Source: Bacilli bacterium (GTDB taxonomy: Bacteria > Bacillota_I > Bacilli_A > RFN20 > CAG-826). Taken from it: a DNA stretch of 64,000 nt. Under the pieces are notes generated by a model. It was given only the letters and a program-made list of their open reading frames with translations, did no database searches and was not told the origin of the DNA. Positions 39,965-48,387 of this stretch are shown here, piece after piece; position 1 is the stretch's first letter, and the number at the start of each line of letters is the position of its first letter. Location: positions 6,946 through 70,945 of the forward strand of contig JAGAYY010000022.1 of assembly GCA_017940265.1 (NCBI GenBank), in the 5' to 3' direction. A program made the translations under genes and the position numbers.

Positions 39965-40216
39965 ATGCCAACTACAAACGTTTCCGTTTTAAGAAAAGAT
40001 TTATTTAATTCTATAGATAATGTTATTGAATATAACGAAATTATCACAGTCAACACCAAAAAAGGCAACGCAATCATCATTTCCGAAGAAGATTACAACG
40101 CTCTTTTAGAGACCCTCGCTCTTCAATCCGATCCAAGAGTTATAAAGAAAATTAAAGATGGAGAAAAAGAAAACATTGATTCCATGACCACCTACAATCC
40201 GAATGAGGAGTGGTGA
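39965..40216 (+). CDS. yefM: type II antitoxin, YefM/Phd (Axe) family
   Basis: 83 aa; N-terminal pattern (VSVLRKDLFNSIDNV) and EEDYNALLETLAL typical of YefM. Confidence 0.7.
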   Translation: MPTTNVSVLRKDLFNSIDNVIEYNEIITVNTKKGNAIIISEEDYNALLETLALQSDPRVIKKIKDGEKENIDSMTTYNPNEEW

Positions 40217-40217
40217 T

Positions 40218-40481
40218 ATGTGGCAAATCAAGTTTACAAAAGCAGCAGAAAAAGACAAAAAACTTTTAAAACAAGCCGGTTTGGATACTAAAGCTAAAAA
40301 AATATTAAATGTCATAGCGACAGATCCATTTCAGACTCCTCCGTCATACGAAAAATTGATTGGTGATTTGAAAGGCTACTACTCTAGACGCATCAATATT
40401 CAGCACAGAATTGTTTATAGAGTATATCCAGAATTGCAAACTATAGTTATCCATGCAATGTGGACTCATTATGGTGATTAA
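40218..40481 (+). CDS. yoeB: type II toxin, YoeB/Txe family mRNA interferase
   Basis: KGYYSRRINIQHRIVYRVY...WTHYGD matches the YoeB C-terminal catalytic region; ATG at 40218 is 1 nt after the antitoxin stop (listed ORF starts at 40203). Confidence 0.7.
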   Translation: MWQIKFTKAAEKDKKLLKQAGLDTKAKKILNVIATDPFQTPPSYEKLIGDLKGYYSRRINIQHRIVYRVYPELQTIVIHAMWTHYGD

Positions 40482-40484
40482 AAT

Positions 40485-40513
40485 AGTCTTCGCTTAAAGC
40501 GGAGGCTTTTTTG
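40485..40513 (+). terminator. terminator copy 2 (identical to 39849-39877)
   Basis: Identical 29-nt AGTCTTCGCTTAAAGCGGAGGCTTTTTTG. Confidence 0.65.
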
Positions 40514-40528
40514 TTTTACAATATCCCT

Positions 40529-41233
40529 ATGCAATATCATCAAATTCACTTCCAAGAGATAGATTCCACAAATACATATCTAAAGAATACTTATAAGTTA
40601 TTAAGCAACTTTACTTTTGTGTCCACTGATTATCAAAGTCATGGTAAAGGTAGAAACGATAGAACTTGGAGTAGTGAGCCTGGTGAAAATTTGATGTTCT
40701 CATTTTTGATTAAAGACAAAGAATTATTAAAACAATCACCAATTATTTCGCTTTTAAGCGCAGTAGAGGTCGCGAAAGTGTTAGAGACATATAAAATCAA
40801 ACACGTGAGCATAAAATGGCCTAATGACGTCTTAATTAACGATAAGAAGGTATGTGGCATTCTTGCGGAAGGTCAACTTCCTGATTATATGGTTGTGGGC
40901 ATTGGTTTAAATGTTAACCAAAAGAGATTTCCTGAAGGATTAAGAAGACCAGCGACATCATTATGCTTAGAACATAAGAAAGATATTAACATCGAAGAAC
41001 TTAAAGAAAAGTTATTCCCACAGTTAGTGGATGCCCTAACTAATTTAGATTTAGATAAATCACTAGAATATTTTAGAAAACATAACTATTTATTAAATAA
41101 AAGAGTAAAGGCGATTGTTAATAATCAAACATTTATTGGCGAAGTAGTGGGAATTGATGATTCTTTCTGCCTTCAGGTTGTAACTCATAGTATGCTTTTA
41201 CACATTGATAGTGGGGAAATTGAAATACTATAA
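40529..41233 (+). CDS. birA: biotin-[acetyl-CoA-carboxylase] ligase (group I, no HTH)
   Basis: GKGRNDRTW (GRGRxGRxW-type) motif and KWPNDVLINDKKVCGIL; ATG at 40529 (listed ORF starts at a TTG at 40511 inside the terminator). Confidence 0.75.
   Translation: MQYHQIHFQEIDSTNTYLKNTYKLLSNFTFVSTDYQSHGKGRNDRTWSSEPGENLMFSFLIKDKELLKQSPIISLLSAVEVAKVLETYKIKHVSIKWPNDVLINDKKVCGILAEGQLPDYMVVGIGLNVNQKRFPEGLRRPATSLCLEHKKDINIEELKEKLFPQLVDALTNLDLDKSLEYFRKHNYLLNKRVKAIVNNQTFIGEVVGIDDSFCLQVVTHSMLLHIDSGEIEIL
41186..41227 (+). repeat. direct repeat copy 1 (3' end of birA)
   Basis: CATAGTATGCTTTTACACATTGATAGTGGGGAAATTGAAATA. Confidence 0.7.
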
Positions 41234-41311
41234 GCCATTAATTTTATAAATTAACAAATAACATATTTTAAAAAGTTGTTAACTATTTTTCTCTTTTTAC
41301 TTAGAACTTCT

Positions 41312-41353
41312 CATGGTATGCTTTTACACATTAATAGTGGGGAAATTGAAATC
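41312..41353 (+). repeat. direct repeat copy 2 (3 mismatches), immediately upstream of the HAD gene start
   Basis: CATGGTATGCTTTTACACATTAATAGTGGGGAAATTGAAATC. Confidence 0.7.
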
Positions 41354-41355
41354 TT

Positions 41356-42021
41356 ATGAAATTTCTAGGTAAAGACATCAAAGCGGTCATCTTCGATATG
41401 GATGGAACAATGATTAATTCCACTGGTCTTTGGCATGAAATTGATAAGAAATTCTTCGCTAAAAGAGGCATGGAACTTCCTAAAGATTACGCGCAAAATA
41501 TCGTTCATCTTGGTTTAAAAGAAGCCGCAAGATTCACTAAGAGAACATATGGTATCAAAGAAAGTGAACAAGAAATCATGGATGAATGGCATCAAATGTC
41601 CATTGATATGTACCAATATGATGTGGAATTAAAGCCAGGTGTTAGAGAAGTATTGGATTTAATTAAATCAAAAGGTGTCATTATGTCCATCGCTACAGCG
41701 AATGATGATTCTTTATATATGCCATGTATCAATAGACTCGGCTTAGGTAAATATTTTGACTTTATCGCTGATGTTAACAACGTTAAAGAAGGCAAACACA
41801 GTGTTCGTATTTATTCATATCTATGTGAAAAGATGGGCTCTCTCCCAGAAAACACCTTAGTGTTAGAAGATATGCCAACATGCATTAAGACATGTCATGA
41901 TAACGGCTTTATAACAGTCGCGGTATATGATGATGCCTCTAAAGATTTTGATAAACAAAAAAGGTCTAATTCAGACCTCTTTATCCATGATATGAATGAA
42001 TTACTTCCTTTTTTAAAGTAA
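41356..42021 (+). CDS. HAD-IA family hydrolase (beta-phosphoglucomutase/phosphatase-like)
   Basis: 221 aa; VIFDMDGTMINS motif I. Confidence 0.7.
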   Translation: MKFLGKDIKAVIFDMDGTMINSTGLWHEIDKKFFAKRGMELPKDYAQNIVHLGLKEAARFTKRTYGIKESEQEIMDEWHQMSIDMYQYDVELKPGVREVLDLIKSKGVIMSIATANDDSLYMPCINRLGLGKYFDFIADVNNVKEGKHSVRIYSYLCEKMGSLPENTLVLEDMPTCIKTCHDNGFITVAVYDDASKDFDKQKRSNSDLFIHDMNELLPFLK

Positions 42022-43011
42022 ATCAACATTATATTTCTTAAATTGTTTAATATCGTCTTCGGGCCAATAGGAGGATTGCACTTCTCCGATATGGACCTTT
42101 TTTAATAAATACATACATAAACGGGATTGACCAATGCCACCGCCTATTGAAAGTGGTAATTGTTCATTAATAACCATTTGATGGTACGCTAAAGCGAACT
42201 TACCCATTTCACCTTTGGCTTTGAGTTGCTTCACTAATGAATCTTTATTAACTCTGATGCCCATACTGCTTAATTCAAAAGCAATTTGAAGTGGTTCATA
42301 CCAAAGCAAGATATCGCCATTTAGTTTCCAATCATCATAGTCCGCTGCACGGCTATCGTGTGGCTTACCATCCTTTAAGTTAGCGCCAATTTGCATTAAG
42401 AAAACCGCACCATATTGTTTACAGATAGCGTTTTCTCTTTCTTTTCTATTAAGGTTTGGATATCTAGCTTCTAAATCTTTAGTGGTGATAAATGTAATAT
42501 CTTTTGGTAAATCGTTAGTGAGTTCTGGATATTGTTTTGTTAAAACTTTATAAGTCTTATTAAAGGCTTTATAGATTTTCTTCACTGTTCTTTTTAAAGT
42601 GGAGACATTTCTTTCTTTAGCCTCTAATCTTCTTTCCCAGTCCCATTGGTCAACATATAAAGAATGGAGATTATCTAAATCTTCAAATCTTCTAATAGCG
42701 TTCATATCGGTATATAAGCCATCAATGTTATATTTCTTTAAAGCATATCTTTTCCATTTCGCTAATGATTGAACAATTTCAAGCTCACGGTTATTTTCAT
42801 TCACCTCAAAAGAAACAGGTTTTTCACAACCACTTAAGTTATCGTTTAAGCCAGTGCCTGGTTCCACAAATAGTGGAGCGCTGACTCTCATTAAATCAAG
42901 CTCTTTAGCGAGCTCTTTTTCAAAAGTATCTTTAATTAATTTAATGGCCCTTTGTGTATCGACCAAATTTAAAACACTGTGATAGTTTTTTGGGTAGATG
43001 TTGTTTTTCAT
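42013..43011 (-). CDS. asnA: aspartate-ammonia ligase (asparagine synthetase A)
   Basis: 332 aa; AsnA-like N-terminus and class II aaRS-like core. Confidence 0.8.
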   Translation of the reverse strand: MKNNIYPKNYHSVLNLVDTQRAIKLIKDTFEKELAKELDLMRVSAPLFVEPGTGLNDNLSGCEKPVSFEVNENNRELEIVQSLAKWKRYALKKYNIDGLYTDMNAIRRFEDLDNLHSLYVDQWDWERRLEAKERNVSTLKRTVKKIYKAFNKTYKVLTKQYPELTNDLPKDITFITTKDLEARYPNLNRKERENAICKQYGAVFLMQIGANLKDGKPHDSRAADYDDWKLNGDILLWYEPLQIAFELSSMGIRVNKDSLVKQLKAKGEMGKFALAYHQMVINEQLPLSIGGGIGQSRLCMYLLKKVHIGEVQSSYWPEDDIKQFKKYNVDLL

Positions 43012-43012
43012 G

Positions 43013-43525
43013 CTAGATAATTTCTTTCTTGTTCTTGTTCTTGTAGGTGGTGAATCTAATTTCTAAATCCCCATCCATCATTGGTGTACCTTCATCAATA
43101 CATTCAAAGTCTGGATTTTCATCCAAATTAACGAAAAATACTTCCGCGCCACCATCAGCGTTGACTTTGGTTAAAAGAACTTTGTCAACATACGGAAGAG
43201 TTTGTCTATATATAGAAGCACCACCAATAACGAATACCGTGTCGCTTGTTTCTCTTTCTTTCATCGCTCTTAAGAAGTCTTCAAAACTATGGACATTAAT
43301 GACACCTTCATAGTTGTGTGTTGGATCTTGAGATAAGACAATATTTGTTCTGTTCTTTAATGGTTTACTACCTGGGAAAGATAATAAAGTATTCTCACCC
43401 ATACAAACAGTATGACCTTGAGTGGTTTCTCTAAAGAACTTCATATCTAAAGGAAGAGAGAATAGTAATCCATTTCTCTTACCAATACCATATTTTTTAT
43501 CGCAGTTAAGAATAGAAATAATCAT
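43013..43525 (-). CDS. folA: dihydrofolate reductase
   Basis: 170 aa; MIISILNCDKKYGIGKRNGLLFSLPLDMKFFRETT and VFVIGGASIY motifs. Confidence 0.85.
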   Translation of the reverse strand: MIISILNCDKKYGIGKRNGLLFSLPLDMKFFRETTQGHTVCMGENTLLSFPGSKPLKNRTNIVLSQDPTHNYEGVINVHSFEDFLRAMKERETSDTVFVIGGASIYRQTLPYVDKVLLTKVNADGGAEVFFVNLDENPDFECIDEGTPMMDGDLEIRFTTYKNKNKKEII

Positions 43526-43526
43526 A

Positions 43527-44357
43527 TTAGATAGCCACCGGAATCTTTTTATCTAAAGGCTCATACTCATAATCTTCTAATTCAAAGTCTTCGAGTTTGA
43601 AATCATAGAAGTTTTTAACATTTGGATTCATTTTTAATTTAGGAGCCTTGTGTTGTGGTTTAGCGATCACTTCTTTAACGATATCGATATGTCTATCGTA
43701 AATATGCGCATCTGCGATAACGTGAACAAGCTCACCCGCTTTTAAGCCAGAGACTTGAGCAAACATCATCAATAAAATCGCATATTGCAAAACGTTCCAG
43801 TTGTTCGCGGTTAACATATCGTTACTTCTTTGATTTAAGATACCGTTTAATGTGTCGCCACTGACATTAAATGTCATAGAGTAGGCGCATGGATAAAGAC
43901 CCATTTCATGTAAATCTTCAAAGTTATAGATATTGGTCATAATTCTTCTAGATTGAGGATTATGTTTTAAGTCATATAAAACTCTATCGACTTGGTCAAA
44001 TTCACCTTCTGGATAAATGGACTTTTTCGCGAGTTGGTAGCCATAGGCTTTACCGATAGATCCATTTTCATCGGCCCAAGAGTCCCAAATATGGGAGTGT
44101 AAATCATGAATGTTATTGGATTTCTTTTGCCAGATCCAAAGGAGTTCATCTAAGCAGCTCTTAAAAGCGGTTCTTCTAATAGTTAAGATTGGTAATTCTT
44201 CTTGGAGATTATAACGGTTAACAATACAGAACTTTTTAACTGTATGAGCGGGAGTGCCATCTTCCCAGTGTGGTCTGACTTTTAAATCGGTGTCCCAGAA
44301 ACCGTTTTCCATGATGTCTTTCATGTTGTTTATAAAAATTTGGTCAGCTTTTGACAT
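43527..44357 (-). CDS. thyA: thymidylate synthase
   Basis: 276 aa; catalytic Cys in MGLYPCAYSMTFNV (compare ThyA L-(A/P)-P-C-H) and the conserved RRI(I/M) region (RRIMTNIY). Confidence 0.85.
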   Translation of the reverse strand: MSKADQIFINNMKDIMENGFWDTDLKVRPHWEDGTPAHTVKKFCIVNRYNLQEELPILTIRRTAFKSCLDELLWIWQKKSNNIHDLHSHIWDSWADENGSIGKAYGYQLAKKSIYPEGEFDQVDRVLYDLKHNPQSRRIMTNIYNFEDLHEMGLYPCAYSMTFNVSGDTLNGILNQRSNDMLTANNWNVLQYAILLMMFAQVSGLKAGELVHVIADAHIYDRHIDIVKEVIAKPQHKAPKLKMNPNVKNFYDFKLEDFELEDYEYEPLDKKIPVAI

Positions 44358-44419
44358 ATGAATTACCTCGCAATGTAAACATTATAAGAGAAACTCTCTT
44401 ATTCTTAAAGAGTGACATA

Positions 44420-45837
44420 CTCCCACCACTTAAAGAAGTGGGGGTTTCTTGCTCGATGACTCTAAAGAGTCAAGCATAAACAAGCTATCCGGATGTGTCC
44501 CATCCTTTGTAAGTGTTTCAATTCCCTTACTTAGAATATTTTTCGCAGCGTTTATATCTCGATCATGAATAGATCCACATTTAGGACAAGTCCATTTCCT
44601 AATACATAGGTCTTTTGTGAGCGAGTTTTTGTATCCGCATTTAGAACATAATTGGCTAGATGGATAAGTAGAAGGAACTTTTATTACTTTCCTACCATAC
44701 CAATCAGCTTTATAAATGAGCATAGAGACAAATCTAGACCAAGATACATCAGATATGTTTCTTGCTAATTTAGAATCACTCATCATGTCTTTAACTGATA
44801 AACTTTCAATACAAATGATTTGGTTTTCATCAATGATTGATTTTGAAAGTTTATGGAGATAATCATTTCTCTGGTCTTGAATATGTTTGTGTAACTTAGC
44901 AACTTTGATTCGTTGTTTATTTCTATTACTACTACCTTTAACCATCTTAGATAGTTTTCTTTGTTCTTTAGCAAGTTTATTCTGTGATTTAGTTAGATAC
45001 TTATGGTTTTTATATTTATGACCATTAGAATCAACGATCAAATCTTTTATTCCTAAATCTAAACCAATCATCCCATCAGCGGGTTTCTTTGGTTTAGTCT
45101 CTTCTTCAACAAGCAAAGACATATAGTATTTGTTTTCAGTAGTCATAGAAACAGTAATGGATTTAATCTTGCCTATAAAGTCTCGATGTTTTTTAATTCT
45201 AATTCTTGGACATTTAGGAATAGAGATGTATCTATTGCTAGTAGAAATCTTAATGTTGCCATTCACCATATTTGTCGTATAGCTTTGATCATTTCTTTTA
45301 CTTTTAAACTTAGGAAAACCTGATCTATGAGAAAAGAAAGCTTTAAAAGCGGTGTTTCTATTAAGTTGAGCATTACTCAAAGCAAGAGAATCTACTTCTT
45401 TCAAAAATGGATAATCTTCTTTATATGAAGTAGGAGTAATGTTTTTAAATTTACCAGTGCTTTTATATATCTCATTCATATCAGATAGAGACTTATTATA
45501 AAAGAAGCGAACACACCCAAAACATTTAGCAAAGAAGATCTTTTGCTCAGTGTTAGGATAGATACGATACTTATAAGCAATTCTTTTCATAAAATTATTG
45601 AGATAAATAAAAGGGGACAATAAAACAAAATCCTTGTTCCATCTTTTCCCCTACATCCTTATCCTATTAATATTATATCAATTTATTGATATATTCTCAA
45701 CAAATATTTGCTATTTTATATAGATATTTACTTGTTTTTATAAACATTTATAATTAGCAATTCATCCACCACCTATAGAGGTAGCCATCAAGCAGTTCTT
45801 GTCGATGTGGGGGCTTCTTGCTGAAATATGTTAAAAG
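44420..45837 (-). mobile_element. IS605-family tnpB-only element (IS1341-like)
   Basis: tnpB flanked by similar sub-terminal hairpin sequences in the same orientation (CCACCACTTaaagAAGTGGGGGTTTCTTGCT at 44422-44452; CCACCACCTATAGAGGTAG...GTGGGGGCTTCTTGCT at 45776-45832); no tnpA. Confidence 0.6.
44430..45590 (-). CDS. tnpB: TnpB (OrfB) RNA-guided endonuclease-family transposase accessory protein
   Basis: MKRIAYKYRIYPNTEQ N-terminus; RuvC-like core; C-terminal zinc ribbon CSKCGY...CPKCGSIHDRDINAAKNIL; ATG at 45588-45590 (listed ORF extends to a TTG at 45620). Confidence 0.85.
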   Translation of the reverse strand: MKRIAYKYRIYPNTEQKIFFAKCFGCVRFFYNKSLSDMNEIYKSTGKFKNITPTSYKEDYPFLKEVDSLALSNAQLNRNTAFKAFFSHRSGFPKFKSKRNDQSYTTNMVNGNIKISTSNRYISIPKCPRIRIKKHRDFIGKIKSITVSMTTENKYYMSLLVEEETKPKKPADGMIGLDLGIKDLIVDSNGHKYKNHKYLTKSQNKLAKEQRKLSKMVKGSSNRNKQRIKVAKLHKHIQDQRNDYLHKLSKSIIDENQIICIESLSVKDMMSDSKLARNISDVSWSRFVSMLIYKADWYGRKVIKVPSTYPSSQLCSKCGYKNSLTKDLCIRKWTCPKCGSIHDRDINAAKNILSKGIETLTKDGTHPDSLFMLDSLESSSKKPPLL

Positions 45838-45949
45838 AATAAGAAAATCTAAATCATGTCAAAAAAGAGTGATACAACCTAGTTTTTAACAAAGTAAACA
45901 CTTTTAATATTTTTTAAAAAAATAGAAAAAGAGTTTATAATATACGTGT

Positions 45950-48385
45950 ATGCACGAACCATTTTATGAAAATAAGAATATCGTTGTTGCGGATTTTGAT
46001 TATCAAGCAGCGCTTTTCTTATTTAAAAACAAGCACCCTGATTTAGATATTAAAATCATTTCTCGTCATGAACTGATTAATAAGGTTTCATATTCGTTTT
46101 CTAAAGATCCAATTCCTTTCCTTATTAAAGAAGGTATTGGTTATAAAAAGGCCAAGAAATATTTAGATATCATTTTGACCGCGGATGTTAGTAAAAATAA
46201 AGAACTAACAGATTTATTTAATAAGTTAAATGATAATGGCTATCTTGTTAAAGATGAGTATGGCCTATATGAATTAAAGGGCAGTCATATCTTCTTATTT
46301 GAAATGGAACAAGATATCGCTATTCAAGAATTCTTAAAAAGAAACGCGCTTGCATATAGTTTTCTAAGATTAGAAGGCTTAGACCTTTATAAGAATAATG
46401 CTTATATCAGTCCTAATATCATTTACTTTGAAAATAAGATGACCCAGTTCTTCTACATTTTCTCTTGGGTGAGAGATAAGGCTCGTGATAATCCAAATCA
46501 AAAACAAAGAATCATCATCAATGGTGATGAAGATATCTTCTATGTCAAAATCATGTCTGAATTATTCCATATCCCTGTTTGTTATGTGGAAGAAAGGCCT
46601 TTAATCTCTATTAAAAGTGTTAGAACTAAAATAAATAGAATCTATAACAGTAAGGCATTTGAATTTACTGATGAAGAATTAGAAGACCAAGACATTAAAG
46701 CCTTAAAGGAGTTAATTGATTATTATGGTTTAAATAAGAGTGATGATTTCTTATTTAGCTATGCTAATTTGCTAGAAATCGTAGCCAGTAAGAACACACG
46801 TATCCCAGTCGGGGAAGGTGGTGTGGTTATTTCTAATAAGTTTGTCTTTGATCCATCATTCTTTACTTATGTCACTAATTTCAATTCTGATGCCTTTTAT
46901 AAAATATATTCAGATGATAATGTCTTATCAGACGCTGAATTAAAAGAAGTAGGCTACAACACTTCATACATTAAGACAGCTATTGAAAGAAGAAATAAAA
47001 TAAATTTCTTAAGACATAATAATGTCGCAGTTATTTCCCGTGTAGAAAGACACCTTGGCGATAAAATCTTTGATTCTCCATTATTAAATGAAATATGGAA
47101 AGATAAAAAGATTAAATACGAAGATGATTTAGAGATGCCAACATTTACCACACAAGCGGCATTCCTCTATAGCTCAACAATATTAAATAAATCTGGAATT
47201 AAATTTGATTCTAATGTTTTCAATGCTTACGACCCATCATTTAAAGGCCTCCATAGTGGTGAAGATTTTAGAAAATCAACCTGGTCAGTAACGGGTTTAG
47301 AAAGTTTTATTAATTGTCCGTTTAAATATTACTTAACCAAACTCATTCCTTTAGATAAAAACGATTATTCAAAAAGATTCATCGGCACTGCGATTCATAA
47401 GGTATTTGAGAAATTTAATCATATTGATTATGTTTTTGAAGATGCTTTAAAAGAAGGCGAAGAAGCCTATTATAAAGAATTTGAAAAAGTTGGTATTACT
47501 CCAACACCTAGAGATAAAGCTTTATTAGAAATCTCACAAACATGGCTAAGAAGATTTATGAAGACATATCAAAAGGTGCAAGGCGTGACTAACTTTGCTA
47601 AACCAGTTGAAGATGACTATGAAAAATCTATTCAGTTCTATTTAGAAGATGAAAATAATGAGACATATAACTTCTATGGCAAGATTGATAAGATTGTCAT
47701 CTCTGAAAGTAATGGCCACAAATACTACTCCATCATCGACTATAAAACCGGTATGGAAGACTTTAATCCTTTAGAAGTATTCTTAGGTAAATCTATTCAA
47801 TTACCTCTTTATTACTACGCAATTGAAAATAATATCCAACCAAGTCAATACACCCAAGATGGTGAATTTGGTGGTTTCTATATTCAACATGTTTTCTTTA
47901 GCACAATCAAAAGCGCACTTAAGGATGTTAACAAACCAACATTATCAGAAAAAAGACTAGCTCAACAATCACGTTTAACGGGTATTAACAAGGATTCTGT
48001 TTCTTATATCGCTTCTATTGATAGAAGTGCTTTTAAAGACGATGGTTCTCTTAAGAGCAATGGTGGTGACTTATTACAGCTTAAGCACCAATTTAAAGAA
48101 AGCGACACTGATGAAATTATCATCAAAGATGGTGGTATTGGTTTACCTAGATATAACTTAGATGACTTAGTGAATGACGCTAAACACGCTGCAATAAACG
48201 CTATTCATAGAATATGTGAAGCGGATTTCATCATCCAACCAACCTCATATTCATTATTAGAATTCGACGCCACTAAGACAGTGTGTAATAACTGTCCATA
48301 TCGTCGTGTCTGCTACCGCAGTAAATTAGATGTTAAAGATTATAAAAAAGATGTGCTTAAACATTTTAAGAAAGGAGCTAAATAA
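45950..48385 (+). CDS. addB: AddB/RexB-like helicase-nuclease subunit B (degenerate helicase, C-terminal Fe-S nuclease domain)
   Basis: 811 aa. C-terminal CPFKYY...GTAIHKVFEKF with Cys cluster CNNCPYRRVC. Immediately upstream of addA with a 2-nt gap. Confidence 0.65.
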   Translation: MHEPFYENKNIVVADFDYQAALFLFKNKHPDLDIKIISRHELINKVSYSFSKDPIPFLIKEGIGYKKAKKYLDIILTADVSKNKELTDLFNKLNDNGYLVKDEYGLYELKGSHIFLFEMEQDIAIQEFLKRNALAYSFLRLEGLDLYKNNAYISPNIIYFENKMTQFFYIFSWVRDKARDNPNQKQRIIINGDEDIFYVKIMSELFHIPVCYVEERPLISIKSVRTKINRIYNSKAFEFTDEELEDQDIKALKELIDYYGLNKSDDFLFSYANLLEIVASKNTRIPVGEGGVVISNKFVFDPSFFTYVTNFNSDAFYKIYSDDNVLSDAELKEVGYNTSYIKTAIERRNKINFLRHNNVAVISRVERHLGDKIFDSPLLNEIWKDKKIKYEDDLEMPTFTTQAAFLYSSTILNKSGIKFDSNVFNAYDPSFKGLHSGEDFRKSTWSVTGLESFINCPFKYYLTKLIPLDKNDYSKRFIGTAIHKVFEKFNHIDYVFEDALKEGEEAYYKEFEKVGITPTPRDKALLEISQTWLRRFMKTYQKVQGVTNFAKPVEDDYEKSIQFYLEDENNETYNFYGKIDKIVISESNGHKYYSIIDYKTGMEDFNPLEVFLGKSIQLPLYYYAIENNIQPSQYTQDGEFGGFYIQHVFFSTIKSALKDVNKPTLSEKRLAQQSRLTGINKDSVSYIASIDRSAFKDDGSLKSNGGDLLQLKHQFKESDTDEIIIKDGGIGLPRYNLDDLVNDAKHAAINAIHRICEADFIIQPTSYSLLEFDATKTVCNNCPYRRVCYRSKLDVKDYKKDVLKHFKKGAK

Positions 48386-48387
48386 GT

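Noticed and set aside
39238-40080. 280-aa minus-strand ORF overlapping oadB and the yefM start
   Set aside because: Antisense to the conserved OadB beta-subunit gene; it also runs across the terminator and into the antitoxin gene; artefact
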